Source of the DNA: Antedon mediterranea
Lineage: Eukaryota; Animalia; Echinodermata
Length of the DNA stretch: 64,000 nucleotides
Assembly (NCBI RefSeq): GCF_964355755.1
Contig: NC_092678.1
Span: 10,352,352-10,416,351, forward strand
Direction of reading: 5' to 3'
Shown here: piece by piece, positions 53,241 through 64,000 of the stretch
How the letters are laid out: each line of letters opens with the position of its first letter
How positions within the stretch are numbered: position 1 is the first letter of the stretch
Translations under genes and position numbers: made by a program
Notes under the pieces: generated by a model
The model's input: only the letters and a program-made list of their open reading frames with translations
Told to the model about the DNA's origin: nothing
Database searches by the model: none

Positions 53241-56200
53241 CTATTCTGTACACTTTGATGTTTTGTGTGAAAAAGTTTTGTCGAAATGCTCAAAATGGTT
53301 TAAAACGTTTTTAAAACGATATTAAGTTATTTTGTGCTCTTTGATGTTTTTGTGTAACCAAGTTTCATCGAAATGAACAAAATGGTCTAAAACGTCTCCA
53401 AATGCGATTTGAAGCTTTTCCAAGCACTTTGCTGTTTTTATGTTAACAAGTTTTTTCGAAAATCACAAAATGGTGTAAAACGTCTCAAAATGCGATTTGA
53501 AGGTATTCTGAGCACTTTGGTGTTTTTGTGTGAAAAGTTTTAACGAAATGCTCAAAATGGTCTAAAACGGTTCTAATGTGATTTTAAGCTATTCTAGACA
53601 CTTTGATGTTTTGTGTGAAAAAGTTTTCTCGAAATGCTCAAAATGGTCTAAAACGTTTTCCAATACCATATTAAGCTATTTTGTGCAATTTGATGTTTTT
53701 GTGTAACCAAGTTTTTTGAAATGCGATTTGAAGATATTCTGAGGACTCTGGTGTTTTTATGTTAAAAAGTTTTTTCGAAAATCACAAAATGGTCTAAAAC
53801 GTCTCCAAATGCGATTTGAAGATATTCTGAGCACTTTGGTGTTTTTATGTTAAAAAGTTTTTTCGAAAATCACAAAATGGTCTAAAACGTCTCCAAATGC
53901 GAGTTGAAGCTATTCTGTACACTTTGATGTTTTGTGTGAAAAAGTTTTGTCGAAATGCTCAAAATGGTCTAAAACGTTTTTAAAACGATATTAAGCTATT
54001 TTGTGCTCTTTGATGTTTTTGTGTAACCAAGTTTTTTCAAAAATCACAAAATGGTCTAAAACGTCTCCAAATGCGATTTGAAGCTTTTCTAAGCACTTTG
54101 GTGTTTTTATGTTAACAAGTTTTTTCGCAAATCACAAAATGGTCTAAAACGTCTCCAAATGCGATTTGAAGATATTCTGAGCACATTGGTGTTTTTATGT
54201 TAAAAAAGTTTTTTCGAAAATCACAAAATGGTCTAAAACGTTTCCAAATGCGATTTGAAGCTCTTCTGTACACTTTGATGTTTTGTGTGAAAAAGTTTTT
54301 TCGAAATGCTCAAAATGGTCTAAAACGTTTTTAAATACGATATTAAGCTGTTTTGTGCACTTTGATGGTTTGTGTGAAAAGTTTTAACGAAATGCTCAAA
54401 ATGGTCAAAAACGGTTTCTAATGTGATTTTAAGCACTTTGATGTTTTTGTGTAACCAAGTTTTTTCGAAAATCACAAATTGGTCTAAAACGTCTCCAAAT
54501 GCGATTTGAAGCTTTTCTAAACACTTTGGTGCTTTTATGTTAACAAGTTTTTTCGAAAATCACAAAATGGTCTAAAACGTCTCCAAATGCGATTTGAAGC
54601 TTTTCTAAACACTTTGGTGTTTTTATGTTAACAAGTTTTTTCGAAAATCACAAAATGGTCTAAAACGTCTTCAAATGCGATTTGAAGATATTCTGAGCAC
54701 TTTGGTGTTTTTCTGTTAAAAAGTTTTTTCGAAAATCACAAAATGGTCTAAAACGTCTCCAAATGCGATTTGAAGCTCTTCTGTACACTTTGATGTTTTG
54801 TGTGAAAAAGTTTTCTCGAAATGCTCAAAATGGTCTAAAACGTTTTCCAATACCATATTAAGCTATTTTGTGCAATTTGATGTTTTTATGTAACCAAGTT
54901 TTTTGAAATGCGATTTGAAGATATTCTGAGCACTTTGGTGTTTTTATGTTAAAAAGTTTTTTCGAAAATCACAAAATGGTCTAAAACGTCTCCAAATGCG
55001 ATTTGAAGATATTCTGAGCACTTTGGTGTTTTTATGTTAAAAAGTTTTTTCGAAAATCACAAAATGGTCTAAAACGTCTCCAAATGCGATTTGAAGCTAT
55101 TCTGTACACTTTGATGTTTTGTGTGAAAAAGTTTTGTCGAAATGCTCAAAATGGTCTAAAACGTTTTTAAAACGATATTAAGCTATTTTGTGCTCTTTGA
55201 TGTTTTTGTGTAACCAAGTTTTTTCGAAAATCACAAAATGGTTTAAAACGTCTCCAAATGCGATTTGAAGCTTTTCTAAGCACTTTGGTGTTTTTATGTT
55301 AACAAGTTTTTTCGAAAATCACAAAATGGTCTAAAACGTCTCAAAATGCGATTTGAAGGTATTCTGAGCACTTTGGTGTTTTTGTGTGAAAAGTTTTAAC
55401 GAAATGCTCAAAATGGTCTAAAACGGTTTCTAATGTGATTTTAACCACTTTGATGTTTTTGTGTAACCAAGTTTTTTCGAAAATCACAAAATGGTCTAAA
55501 ACGTCTCCAAATGCGATTTGAAGCTTTTCTAAGCACTTTGGTGTTTTTATGTTAACAAGTTTTTTCGAAAATCACAAAATGGTCTAAAACGTCTCCAAAT
55601 GCGATTTGAAGCTATTCTGTACACTTTGATGTTTTGTGTGAAAAAAGTTTTGTCGAAATGCTCAAAATGGTCTAAAACGTTTTTAAAACGATATTAAGCT
55701 ATTTTGTGCTCTTTGATGTTTTTGTGTAACCAAGTTTTATCGAAATGAACAAAATGTTCTAAAACGTCTCCAAATGCGATTTGAAGCTTTTCCAAGCACT
55801 TTGCTGTTTTTATGTTAAGTTTTTTCGAAAATCACAAAATGGTCTAAAACGTCTCTAAATGCGATTTGAAGGTATTCTGAGCACTTTGGTGTTTTTGTGT
55901 GAAAAGTTTTAACGAAATGCTCAAAATTGTCTAAAACGGTTTCTAATGTGATTTTAAGCACTTTGATGTTTTTGTAAAACCAAGTTTCATCGAAATGCAC
56001 AAAATGGTCTAAAATGTCTCCAAATGCGATTTGAAGCTTTTCCAAGCACTTTGCTGTTTTTATGTTAACAAGCTTTTTCGAAAATCACAAAATGGTCTAA
56101 AACGTCTCCAAATGTGATTTGAAGATATTCTGAGCACTTTGGTGTTTTTATGTTAAAAAGTTTTTTGGAAAATCACAAAATGGTCTAAAACGACTCCAAA

Positions 56201-56734
56201 TGCGATTTGAAGCTATCCTGTACACTTTGATGTTTTGTGTGAAAAAGTTTTGTCGAAATGCTCAAAAGGATCTAAAACGTTTTTAAAACGATATTAAGCT
56301 ATTTTGTGCTCTTTGATGTTTTTGTGTATCCAAGTTTCATCGAAATGAACAAAATGGTCTAAAACGTTTTTAAATACGATATTAAGCTGTTTTGTGCACT
56401 TTGATGATTTGTGTGAAAAGTTTTAACGAAATGCTCAAAATAGTCTAAAACGGTTTCTAATGTGATTTTAAGCACTTTGATGTTTTTGTGTAACCAAGTT
56501 TTTTCGGAAATCACAAAATGGTCTAAAACGTCTCCAAATGCGATTTGAAGCTTTTCTAAGCACTTTGGTGTTTTTATGTTAACAAGTTTTTTCGAAAATC
56601 ACAAAATGGTCTAAAACGTCTCAAAATGCGATTTGAAGGTAATCTGAGCACTTTGGTGTTTTTGTGTGAAAAGTTTTAACGAAATGCTCAAAATGGTCTA
56701 AAACGGTTTCTAATGTGATTTTAACAACTTTGAT

Positions 56735-59700
56735 GTTTTTGTGTAACCAAGTTTTTTCGAAAATCACAAAATGGTCTAAAACGTTTCCAAATGCGATTTG
56801 AAGCTTTTCTAAGCACTTTGGTGTTTTTATGTTAACAAGTTTTTTCGAAAATCACAAAATGGTCTAAAACGTCTGCAAATGCGATTTGAAGATATTCTGA
56901 GCACTTTGGTGTTTTTCTGTTAAAAAGTATTTTCGAAAATCACAAAATGGTCTAAAACGTCTCCAAATGCAATTTGAAGCTATTCTGTACACTTTGATGT
57001 TTTGTGTGAAAAAGTTTTGTCAAAATGCTCAAAATGGTCTAAAACGTTTTTAAAACGATATTAAGCTATTTTGTGCTCTTTGATGTTTTTGTATAACCAA
57101 GTTTTTTCGAAATGAACAAAATGGTCTAAAACGTCTCCAAATGCGATTTGAAGCTTTTCTAAACACTTTGGTGTTTTTATGTTAACAAGTTTTTTCGAAA
57201 ATCACAAAATGGTCTAAAACGTCTCCAAATCCGATTTGAAGCTATTCTGTACACTTTGATGTTTTGTGTGAAAAAGTTTTGTCGAAATGCTCAAAATGGT
57301 CTAAAACGTTTTTAAAACGATATTAAGCTATTTTGTGCTCTTTGATGTTTTTGTGTAACCAAGTTTCATCGATATGAACAAAATGGTCTAAAACGTCTCA
57401 AAATGCGATTTGAAGGTATTCTGAGCACTTTGGTGTTTTTGGGTGAAAAGTTTTAACGAAATGCTCAAAATGGTCTAAAACGGTTTCTAATGTGATTTTA
57501 AGCACTTTGAAGTATTTGTAAAAACAAGTTTCATCGAAATGCACAAAATAGTCTAAAACGTCTCCAAATGCGATTTGAAGCTTTTCTAAGCACTTTGGTG
57601 TTTTTATGTTAACAAGTTTTTTCGAAAATCACAAAATGGTCTAAAACGTCTCCAAATGCGATTTGAAGATATTCTGAGCACTTTGGTGTTTTTATGTTAA
57701 AAAGTATTTTCGAAAATCACAAAATGGTCTAAAACGTCTCCAAATGCGATTTGAAGCTCTTCTGTACACTTTGATGTTTTGTGTGAAAAAGTTTAGTCGA
57801 AATGCTCAAAATGGTCTAAAACGTTTTTAAAACGATATTAAGCTATTTTGTGCTCTTTGATGTTTTTGTGTAACCAAGTTTCATCGAAATGAACAAAATG
57901 GTCTAAAACGTCTCCAAATGCGATTTGAAGCTTTTCTAAGCACTTTGGTGTTTTTATGTTAACAAGTTTTTTCGAAAATCACAAAATGGTCTAAAACGTC
58001 TCCAAATGCGATTTGAAGATATTCTGAGCACTTTGCTGTTTTTATGTTAACAAGTTTTTTCGAAAATCACAAAATGGTCTAAAACGTCTCAAAATGCTAT
58101 TTGAAGGTATTCTGAGCACTTTGGTGTTTTTGTGTGAAAAGTTTTAACGAAATGCTCAAAATGGTCTAAAACGGTTCTAATGTGATTTTAAACACTTTGA
58201 TGTTTTGTGTGAAAAAGTTTTGTCAAAATGCTGAAAATGGTCTAAAACGTTTTTAAAACGATATTAAGCTATTTTGTGCTCTTTGATGTTTTTGTATAAC
58301 CAAGTTTTTTCGAAAATCACAAAATGGTCTAAAACGTCTCCAAATGCGATTTGAAGATATTCTGAGCACTTTGGTGTTTTTATGTTAAAAAGTTTTTTCG
58401 AAAATCACAAAATGGTCTAAAACGTCTCCAAATGCGATTTGAAGATATTCTGAGCACTTTGGTGTTTTTATGTTAAAAAGTTTTTTCGAAAATCACAAAA
58501 TGGTCTAAAACGTCTCCAAATGCGATTTGAAGCTATTCTATACACTTTGATGTTTTGTGTTAAAAAGTTTTGTCGAAATGCTCAAAATGGTTTAAAACGT
58601 TTTTAAAACGATATTAAGCTATTTTGTGCTCTTTGATGTTTTTGTGTAACCAAGTTTCATCGAAATTAACAAAATGGTCTAAAACGTCTCCAAATGCGAT
58701 TTGAAGCTTTTCCAAGCACTTTGCTGTTTTTATGTTAACAAGTTTTTTCGAAAATCACAAAATTGTCTAAAACGTCTCAAAATGCGATTTGAAGGTATTC
58801 TGAGCACTTTGGTGTTTTTGTGTGAAAAGTTTTAACGAAAAGCTCAAAATGGTCTAAAACGGTTCTAATGTGATTTTAAGCACTTTGATGTTTTTGTACA
58901 ACCAAGTTTCATCGAAATGCTCAAAATGGTCTAAAACGTTTTTAAAACGATATTAAGCTATTTTGTGCTCTTTGATGTTTTTGTGTAACCAAGTTTTTTC
59001 GAAAATCACAAAATGGTCTAAAACGTCTCCAAATGCGATTTGAAGCTTTTCTAAGCACTTTGGTGTTTTTATGTTAACAAGTTTTTTCGAAAATCACAAA
59101 ATGGTCTAAAACGTCTCAAAATGCGATTTGAAGGTATTCTGAGCACTTTGGTGTTTTTGTGTGAAAAGTTTTAACGAAATGCTCAAAATGGTCTAAAACG
59201 GTTTCTAATGTGATTTTAACCACTTTGATGTTTTTGTGTAACCAAGTTCTTTTCGAAAATCACAAAATGGTCTAAAACGTCTCCAAATGCGATTTGAAGC
59301 TTTTCTAAGCACTTTGGTGTTTTTATGTTAACAAGTTTTTTCGAAAATCACAAAATGGTCTAAAACGTCTCAAAATGCGATTTGAAGGTATTCTGAGCAC
59401 TTTGGTGTTTTTGTGTGAAAAGTTTTAACGAAATGCTCAAAATGGTCTAAAACGGTTTCTAATGTGATTTTAACCACTTTGATGTTTTTGTGTAACCAAG
59501 TTTTTTCGAAAATCACAAAATGGTCTAAAACGTCTCCAAATGCGATTTGAAGCTTTTCTAAGCACTTTGGTGTTTTTATGTTAACAAGTTTTTTCGAAAA
59601 TCACAAAATGGTCTAAAACGTCTCCAAATGCGATTTGAAGCTATTCTGTACACTTTGATGTTTTGTGTGAAAAGTTTTAACGAAATGCTCAAAATTGTCT

Positions 59701-62700
59701 AAAACGGTTTCTAATGTGATTTTAAGCACTTTGATGTTTTTGTAAAACCAAGTTTCATCGAAATGCACAAAATGGTCTAAAACGTCTCCAAATGCGATTT
59801 GAAGCTTTTCCAAGCACTTTGGTGTTTTTATGTTAACAAGGTTTTTCGAAAATCACAAAATGGTCTAAAACGTCTCCAAATGCGATTTGAAGCTTTTCCA
59901 AGCACTTTGCTGTTTTTATGTTAACAAGTTTTTTCGAAAATCACAAAATGGTCTAAAACGTCTCAAAATACGATATTAAGCTGTTTTGTGCACTTTGATG
60001 ATTTGTGTGAAAAGTTTTAACGAAATGCTCAAAATGGTCTAAAACGGTTTCTAATGTGATTTTAAGCACTTTGATGTTTTTATGTAGCCAAGTTTTTTCG
60101 AAAATCACAAAATGGTCAAAAACGTCTCCAAATGCGATTTGAAGCTTTTCTAAGCACTTTGGTTTTTTTATGTTAACAAGTTTTTTCGAAAATCACAAAA
60201 TGGTCTAAAACGTCTTCAAATGCGATTTGAAGATATTCTGAGCACTTTGGTGTTTTTCTGTTAAAAAGTATTTTCGAAAATCACAAAATGGCCTAAAACG
60301 TCTCCAAATGCGATTTGAAGCTATTCTGTACACTTTGATGTTTTGTGTGAAAAAGTTTTGTCAAAATGCTCAAAATGGTCTAAAACGTTTTTAAAACGAT
60401 ATTAAGCTATTTTGTGCTCTTTGATGTGTTTGTATAACCAAGTTTTTTCGAAAATCACAAAATGGTCTAAAACGTCTCCAAATGCGATTTGAAGCTTTTC
60501 CAAGCACTTTGCTGTTTTTATGTTAACAATTTTTTTCGAAAATCATAAAATGGTCTAAAACGTCTCCAAATGCGATTTGAAGCTATTCTGTACACTTTGA
60601 TGTTTTGTGTGAAAAGTTTTGTCGAAATGCTCAAAATGGTCTAAAACGTTTTTAAAACGATATTAAGCTATTTTGTGCTCTTTGATGTTTTTGTGTAACC
60701 AAGTTTCATCGAAATGAGCAAAATGGTCTAAAACGTCTCCAAATGCGATTTGAAGCTTTTCTAAGCACTTTGGTGTTTTTATGTTAACAAGTTTTTTCGA
60801 AAATCACAAAATGGTCTAAAACGTCTCCAAATGCGATTTGAAGATATTCTGAGCACTTTGCTGTTTTTATGTTAACAAGTTTTTTCGAAAATCACAAAAT
60901 GGTCTAAAACGTCTCAAAATGCTATTTGAAGGTATTCTGAGCACTTTGGTGTTTTTGTGTGAAAAGTTTTAACGAAATGCTCAAAATGGTCTAAAACGGT
61001 TCTAATGTGATTTTAAGCACTTTGATGTTTTTGTATAACCAAGTTTCATCGAAATGCTCAAAATGGTCTAAAACGTTTTTAAAACGATATTAAGCTATTT
61101 TGTGCTCTTTGATGTTTTTGTGTAACGAAGTTTCATCGAAATGAACAAAATGGTCTAAAACGTCTCCAAATGCGATTTGAAGCTTTTCCAAGCACTTTGC
61201 TGTTTTTATGTTAACAAGTTTTTTCGAAAATCACAAAATGGCCTAAAACGTCTCAAAATGCGATTTCAAGGTATTCTGAGCACTTTGGTGTTTTTGTGTG
61301 AAAGGTTTTAACGAAATGCTCAAAATGGTCTAAAACGGTTTCTAATGTGATTTAAAGCACTTTGATGTTTTTGTATAACCAAGTTTCATCGAAATGCACA
61401 AAATGGTCTAAAACGTCTCCAAATGCGATTTGAAGCTTTTCTAAGCACTTTGCTGTTTTTATGTTAACAAGTTTTTTCGAAAATCACAAAATGGTCTAAA
61501 ACGTCTCCAAATGCGATTTGAAGATATTCTGAGCACTTTGGTGTTTTTATGTTAAAAAGTTTTTTCGAAAATCACAAAATGGTCTAAAACGTCTCCAAAT
61601 GCGATTTGAAGATATTCTGAGCACTTTGGTGTTTTTATGTTAACAAGTTTTTTCGAAAATCACAAAATGGTCTAAAACGTCTCCAAATGCGATTTGAAGC
61701 TATTCTGTACACTTTGATGTTTTGTGTGAAAAAGTTTTGTCGAAATGCTCAAAATGGTCTAAAACGTTTTTAAAACGATATTAAGCTATTTTGTGCTCTT
61801 TGATGTTTTTCTGTAACCAAGTTTTATCGAAATGAACAAAATGGTCTAAAACGTCTCCAAATGCGATTTGAAGCTTTTCCAAGCACTTTGCTGTTTTTAT
61901 GTTAACAAGTTTTTTCGAAAATCACAAAATGGTCTAAAACGTCTCAAAATGCGATTTGAAGGTATTCTGAGCACTTTGGTGTTTTTGTGTGAAAAGTTTT
62001 AACGAAATGCTCAAAATTGTCTAAAACGGTTTCTAATGTGATTTTAAGCACTTTGATGTTTTTGTAAAACCAAGTTTCATCGAAATGAACAAAATGGTCT
62101 AAAATGTCTCCAAATGCGATTTGAAGCTTTTCCAAGCACTTTGCTGTTTTTATGTTAACAAGCTTTTTCGAAAATCACAAAATGGTCTAAAACGTCTCCA
62201 AATGCGATTTGAAGATATTCTGAGCACTTTGGTGTTTTTATGTTAAAAAGTTTTTTCGAAAATCACAAAATGGTCTAAAACGTCTCCAAATGCAATTTGA
62301 AGATATTCTGAGCACTTTGGTGTTTTTATGTTAAAAAGTTTTTTCGAAAATCACAAAATGGTCTAAAACGTCTCCAAATGCGATTTGAAGCTATTCTGTA
62401 CACTTTGATGTTTTGTGTGAAAAAGTTTTGTCGAAATGCTCAAAATGGTTTAAAACGTTTTTAAAACGATATTAAGTTATTTTGTGCTCTTTGATGTTTT
62501 TGTGTAACCAAGTTTCATCGAAATGAACAAAATGGTCTAAAACGTCTCCAAATGCGATTTGAAGCTTTTCCAAGCACTTTGCTGTTTTTATGTTAACAAG
62601 TTTTTTCGAAAATCACAAAATGGTGTAAAACGTCTCAAAATGCGATTTGAAGGTATTCTGAGCACTTTGGTGTTTTTGTGTGAAAAGTTTTAACGAAATG

Positions 62701-64000
62701 CTCAAAATGGTCTAAAACGGTTCTAATGTGATTTTAAGCTATTCTAGACACTTTGATGTTTTGTGTGAAAAAGTTTTCTCGAAATGCTCAAAATGGTCTA
62801 AAACGTTTTCCAATACCATATTAAGCTATTTTGTGCAATTTGATGTTTTTGTGTAACCAAGTTTTTTGAAATGCGATTTGAAGATATTCTGAGGACTCTG
62901 GTGTTTTTATGTTAAAAAGTTTTTTCGAAAATCACAAAATGGTCTAAAACGTCTCCAAATGCGATTTGAAGATATTCTGAGCACTTTGGTGTTTTTATGT
63001 TAAAAATTTTTTTCGAAAATCACAAAATGGTCTAAAACGTCTCCAAATGCGAGTTGAAGCTATTCTGTACACTTTGATGTTTTGTGTGAAAAAGTTTTGT
63101 CGAAATGCTCAAAATGGTCTAAAACGTTTTTAAAACGATATTAAGCTATTTTGTGCTCTTTGATGTTTTTGTGTAACCAAGTTTTTTCGAAAATCACAAA
63201 ATGGTCTAAAACGTCTCCAAATGCGATTTGAAGCTTTTCTAAGCACTTTGGTGTTTTTATGTTAACAAGTTTTTTCGCAAATCACAAAATGGTCTAAAAC
63301 GTCTCCAAATGCGATTTGAAGATATTCTGAGCACATTGGTGTTTTTATGTTAAAAAAGTTTTTTCGAAAATCACAAAATGGTCTAAAACGTTTCCAAATG
63401 CGATTTGAAGCTCTTCTGTACACTTTGATGTTTTGTGTGAAAAAGTTTTTTCGAAATGCTCAAAATGGTCTAAAACGTTTTTAAATACGATATTAAGCTG
63501 TTTTGTGCACTTTGATGGTTTGTGTGAAAAGTTTTAACGAAATGCTCAAAATGGTCAAAAACGGTTTCTAATGTGATTTTAAGCACTTTGATGTTTTTGT
63601 GTAACCAAGTTTTTTCGAAAATCACAAATTGGTCTAAAACGTCTCCAAATGCGATTTGAAGCTTTTCTAAACACTTTGGTGCTTTTATGTTAACAAGTTT
63701 TTTCGAAAATCACAAAATGGTCTAAAACGTCTCCAAATGCGATTTGAAGCTTTTCTAAACACTTTGGTGTTTTTATGTTAACAAGTTTTTTCGAAAATCA
63801 CAAAATGGTCTAAAACGTCTTCAAATGCGATTTGAAGATATTCTGAGCACTTTGGTGTTTTTCTGTTAAAAAGTTTTTTCGAAAATCACAAAATGGTCTA
63901 AAACGTCTCCAAATGCGATTTGAAGCTCTTCTGTACACTTTGATGTTTTGTGTGAAAAAGTTTTCTCGAAATGCTCAAAATGGTCTAAAACGTTTTCCAA
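56735..64000. repeat. Long segmental copy 2 (>=7.2 kb), partner at -52,396; runs off the window end
   Basis: Same markers as 4340-11604. Only a few differences were seen (e.g. GCTG at 5070 vs GCTC, GAAATTAAC at about 58665, TGCAATTT at about 62293, AAAATTTTT at about 63006). Confidence 0.93.

Larger units (their letters stand above)
1..64000. repeat. Tandem satellite DNA array, 88-bp base monomer (variants 77-88 bp), head-to-tail, extending beyond both window edges; candidate centromeric/pericentromeric satellite
   Basis: AACGTCTCCAAATGCGATTTGAAG starts at 1, 89 and 177. The AAAATGGTCTAAAAC anchor recurs every 77-88 bp to the end of the window. No unique sequence or orientation switch was seen. 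The centromeric role is inference only. Confidence 0.99.

Noticed and set aside
1039-62135. Family of 61-88-aa ORFs (MEKLQIAFGD..., MHFDETW...)
   Set aside because: They are translations of two to three satellite monomers. Most begin at TTG or GTG rather than ATG, equivalent copies are broken by single variants and frameshifts, and there is no recognisable domain or gene context.
1-64000. CRISPR-like look (constant ~40-bp block alternating with variable ~45-bp block)
   Set aside because: The variable parts are homologous to each other and fall into a few recurring classes rather than unique spacers. There is no leader and there are no cas genes.
1-64000. Transposon, retroelement or unique-sequence insertion; array inversion
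   Set aside because: Every part I read aligns to the monomer in the same orientation. No LTR, TIR, target-site duplication, poly(A) tail or reverse-strand monomer was seen.
1-64000. Monomer order as an information-bearing code or recombination-cassette system (attC array, antigenic-variation cassettes, telomeric repeats)
   Set aside because: The order is adequately explained by duplication and recombination of blocks. There are no cassette ORFs, recombinase, expression locus or telomere motif in the window.

Overview
The whole 64-kb window is one uninterrupted, single-orientation, AT-rich (about 32% GC in the consensus monomer) tandem satellite array of roughly 740 monomers. The base unit is 88 bp (AAAATGGTCTAAAACGTCTCCAAATGCGATTTGAAGATATTCTGAGCACTTTGGTGTTTTTATGTTAACAAGTTTTTTCGAAAATCAC). 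It looks like eukaryotic centromeric or heterochromatic satellite DNA, but I cannot name the family or organism. I found no credible genes, RNA genes, transposons or CRISPR array; all listed ORFs are translations of the repeat. The structure lies inside the array. There are six main monomer classes (A and B 88 bp; C, D and E 87 bp; F 77-78 bp) with a near-obligate order (C->D, E->F). There is a 21-monomer, 1,816-bp higher-order unit, a cascade of overlapping tandem duplications (2,334, 3,559, 4,322 and 855 bp), and dispersed near-identical multi-kb blocks (offsets 29,665/29,752, 38,224, 42,946/44,055 and 52,396 bp). Chimeric junction monomers, recurrent microhomology deletions, several dyad symmetries per monomer and ~10-11-bp A/T-tract phasing are also present. 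I do not see a new protein-coding system; the best novelty candidate is the variable, rule-like higher-order organisation of this satellite. Offsets were derived by eye from shared variants and the ORF track, and block boundaries are approximate.
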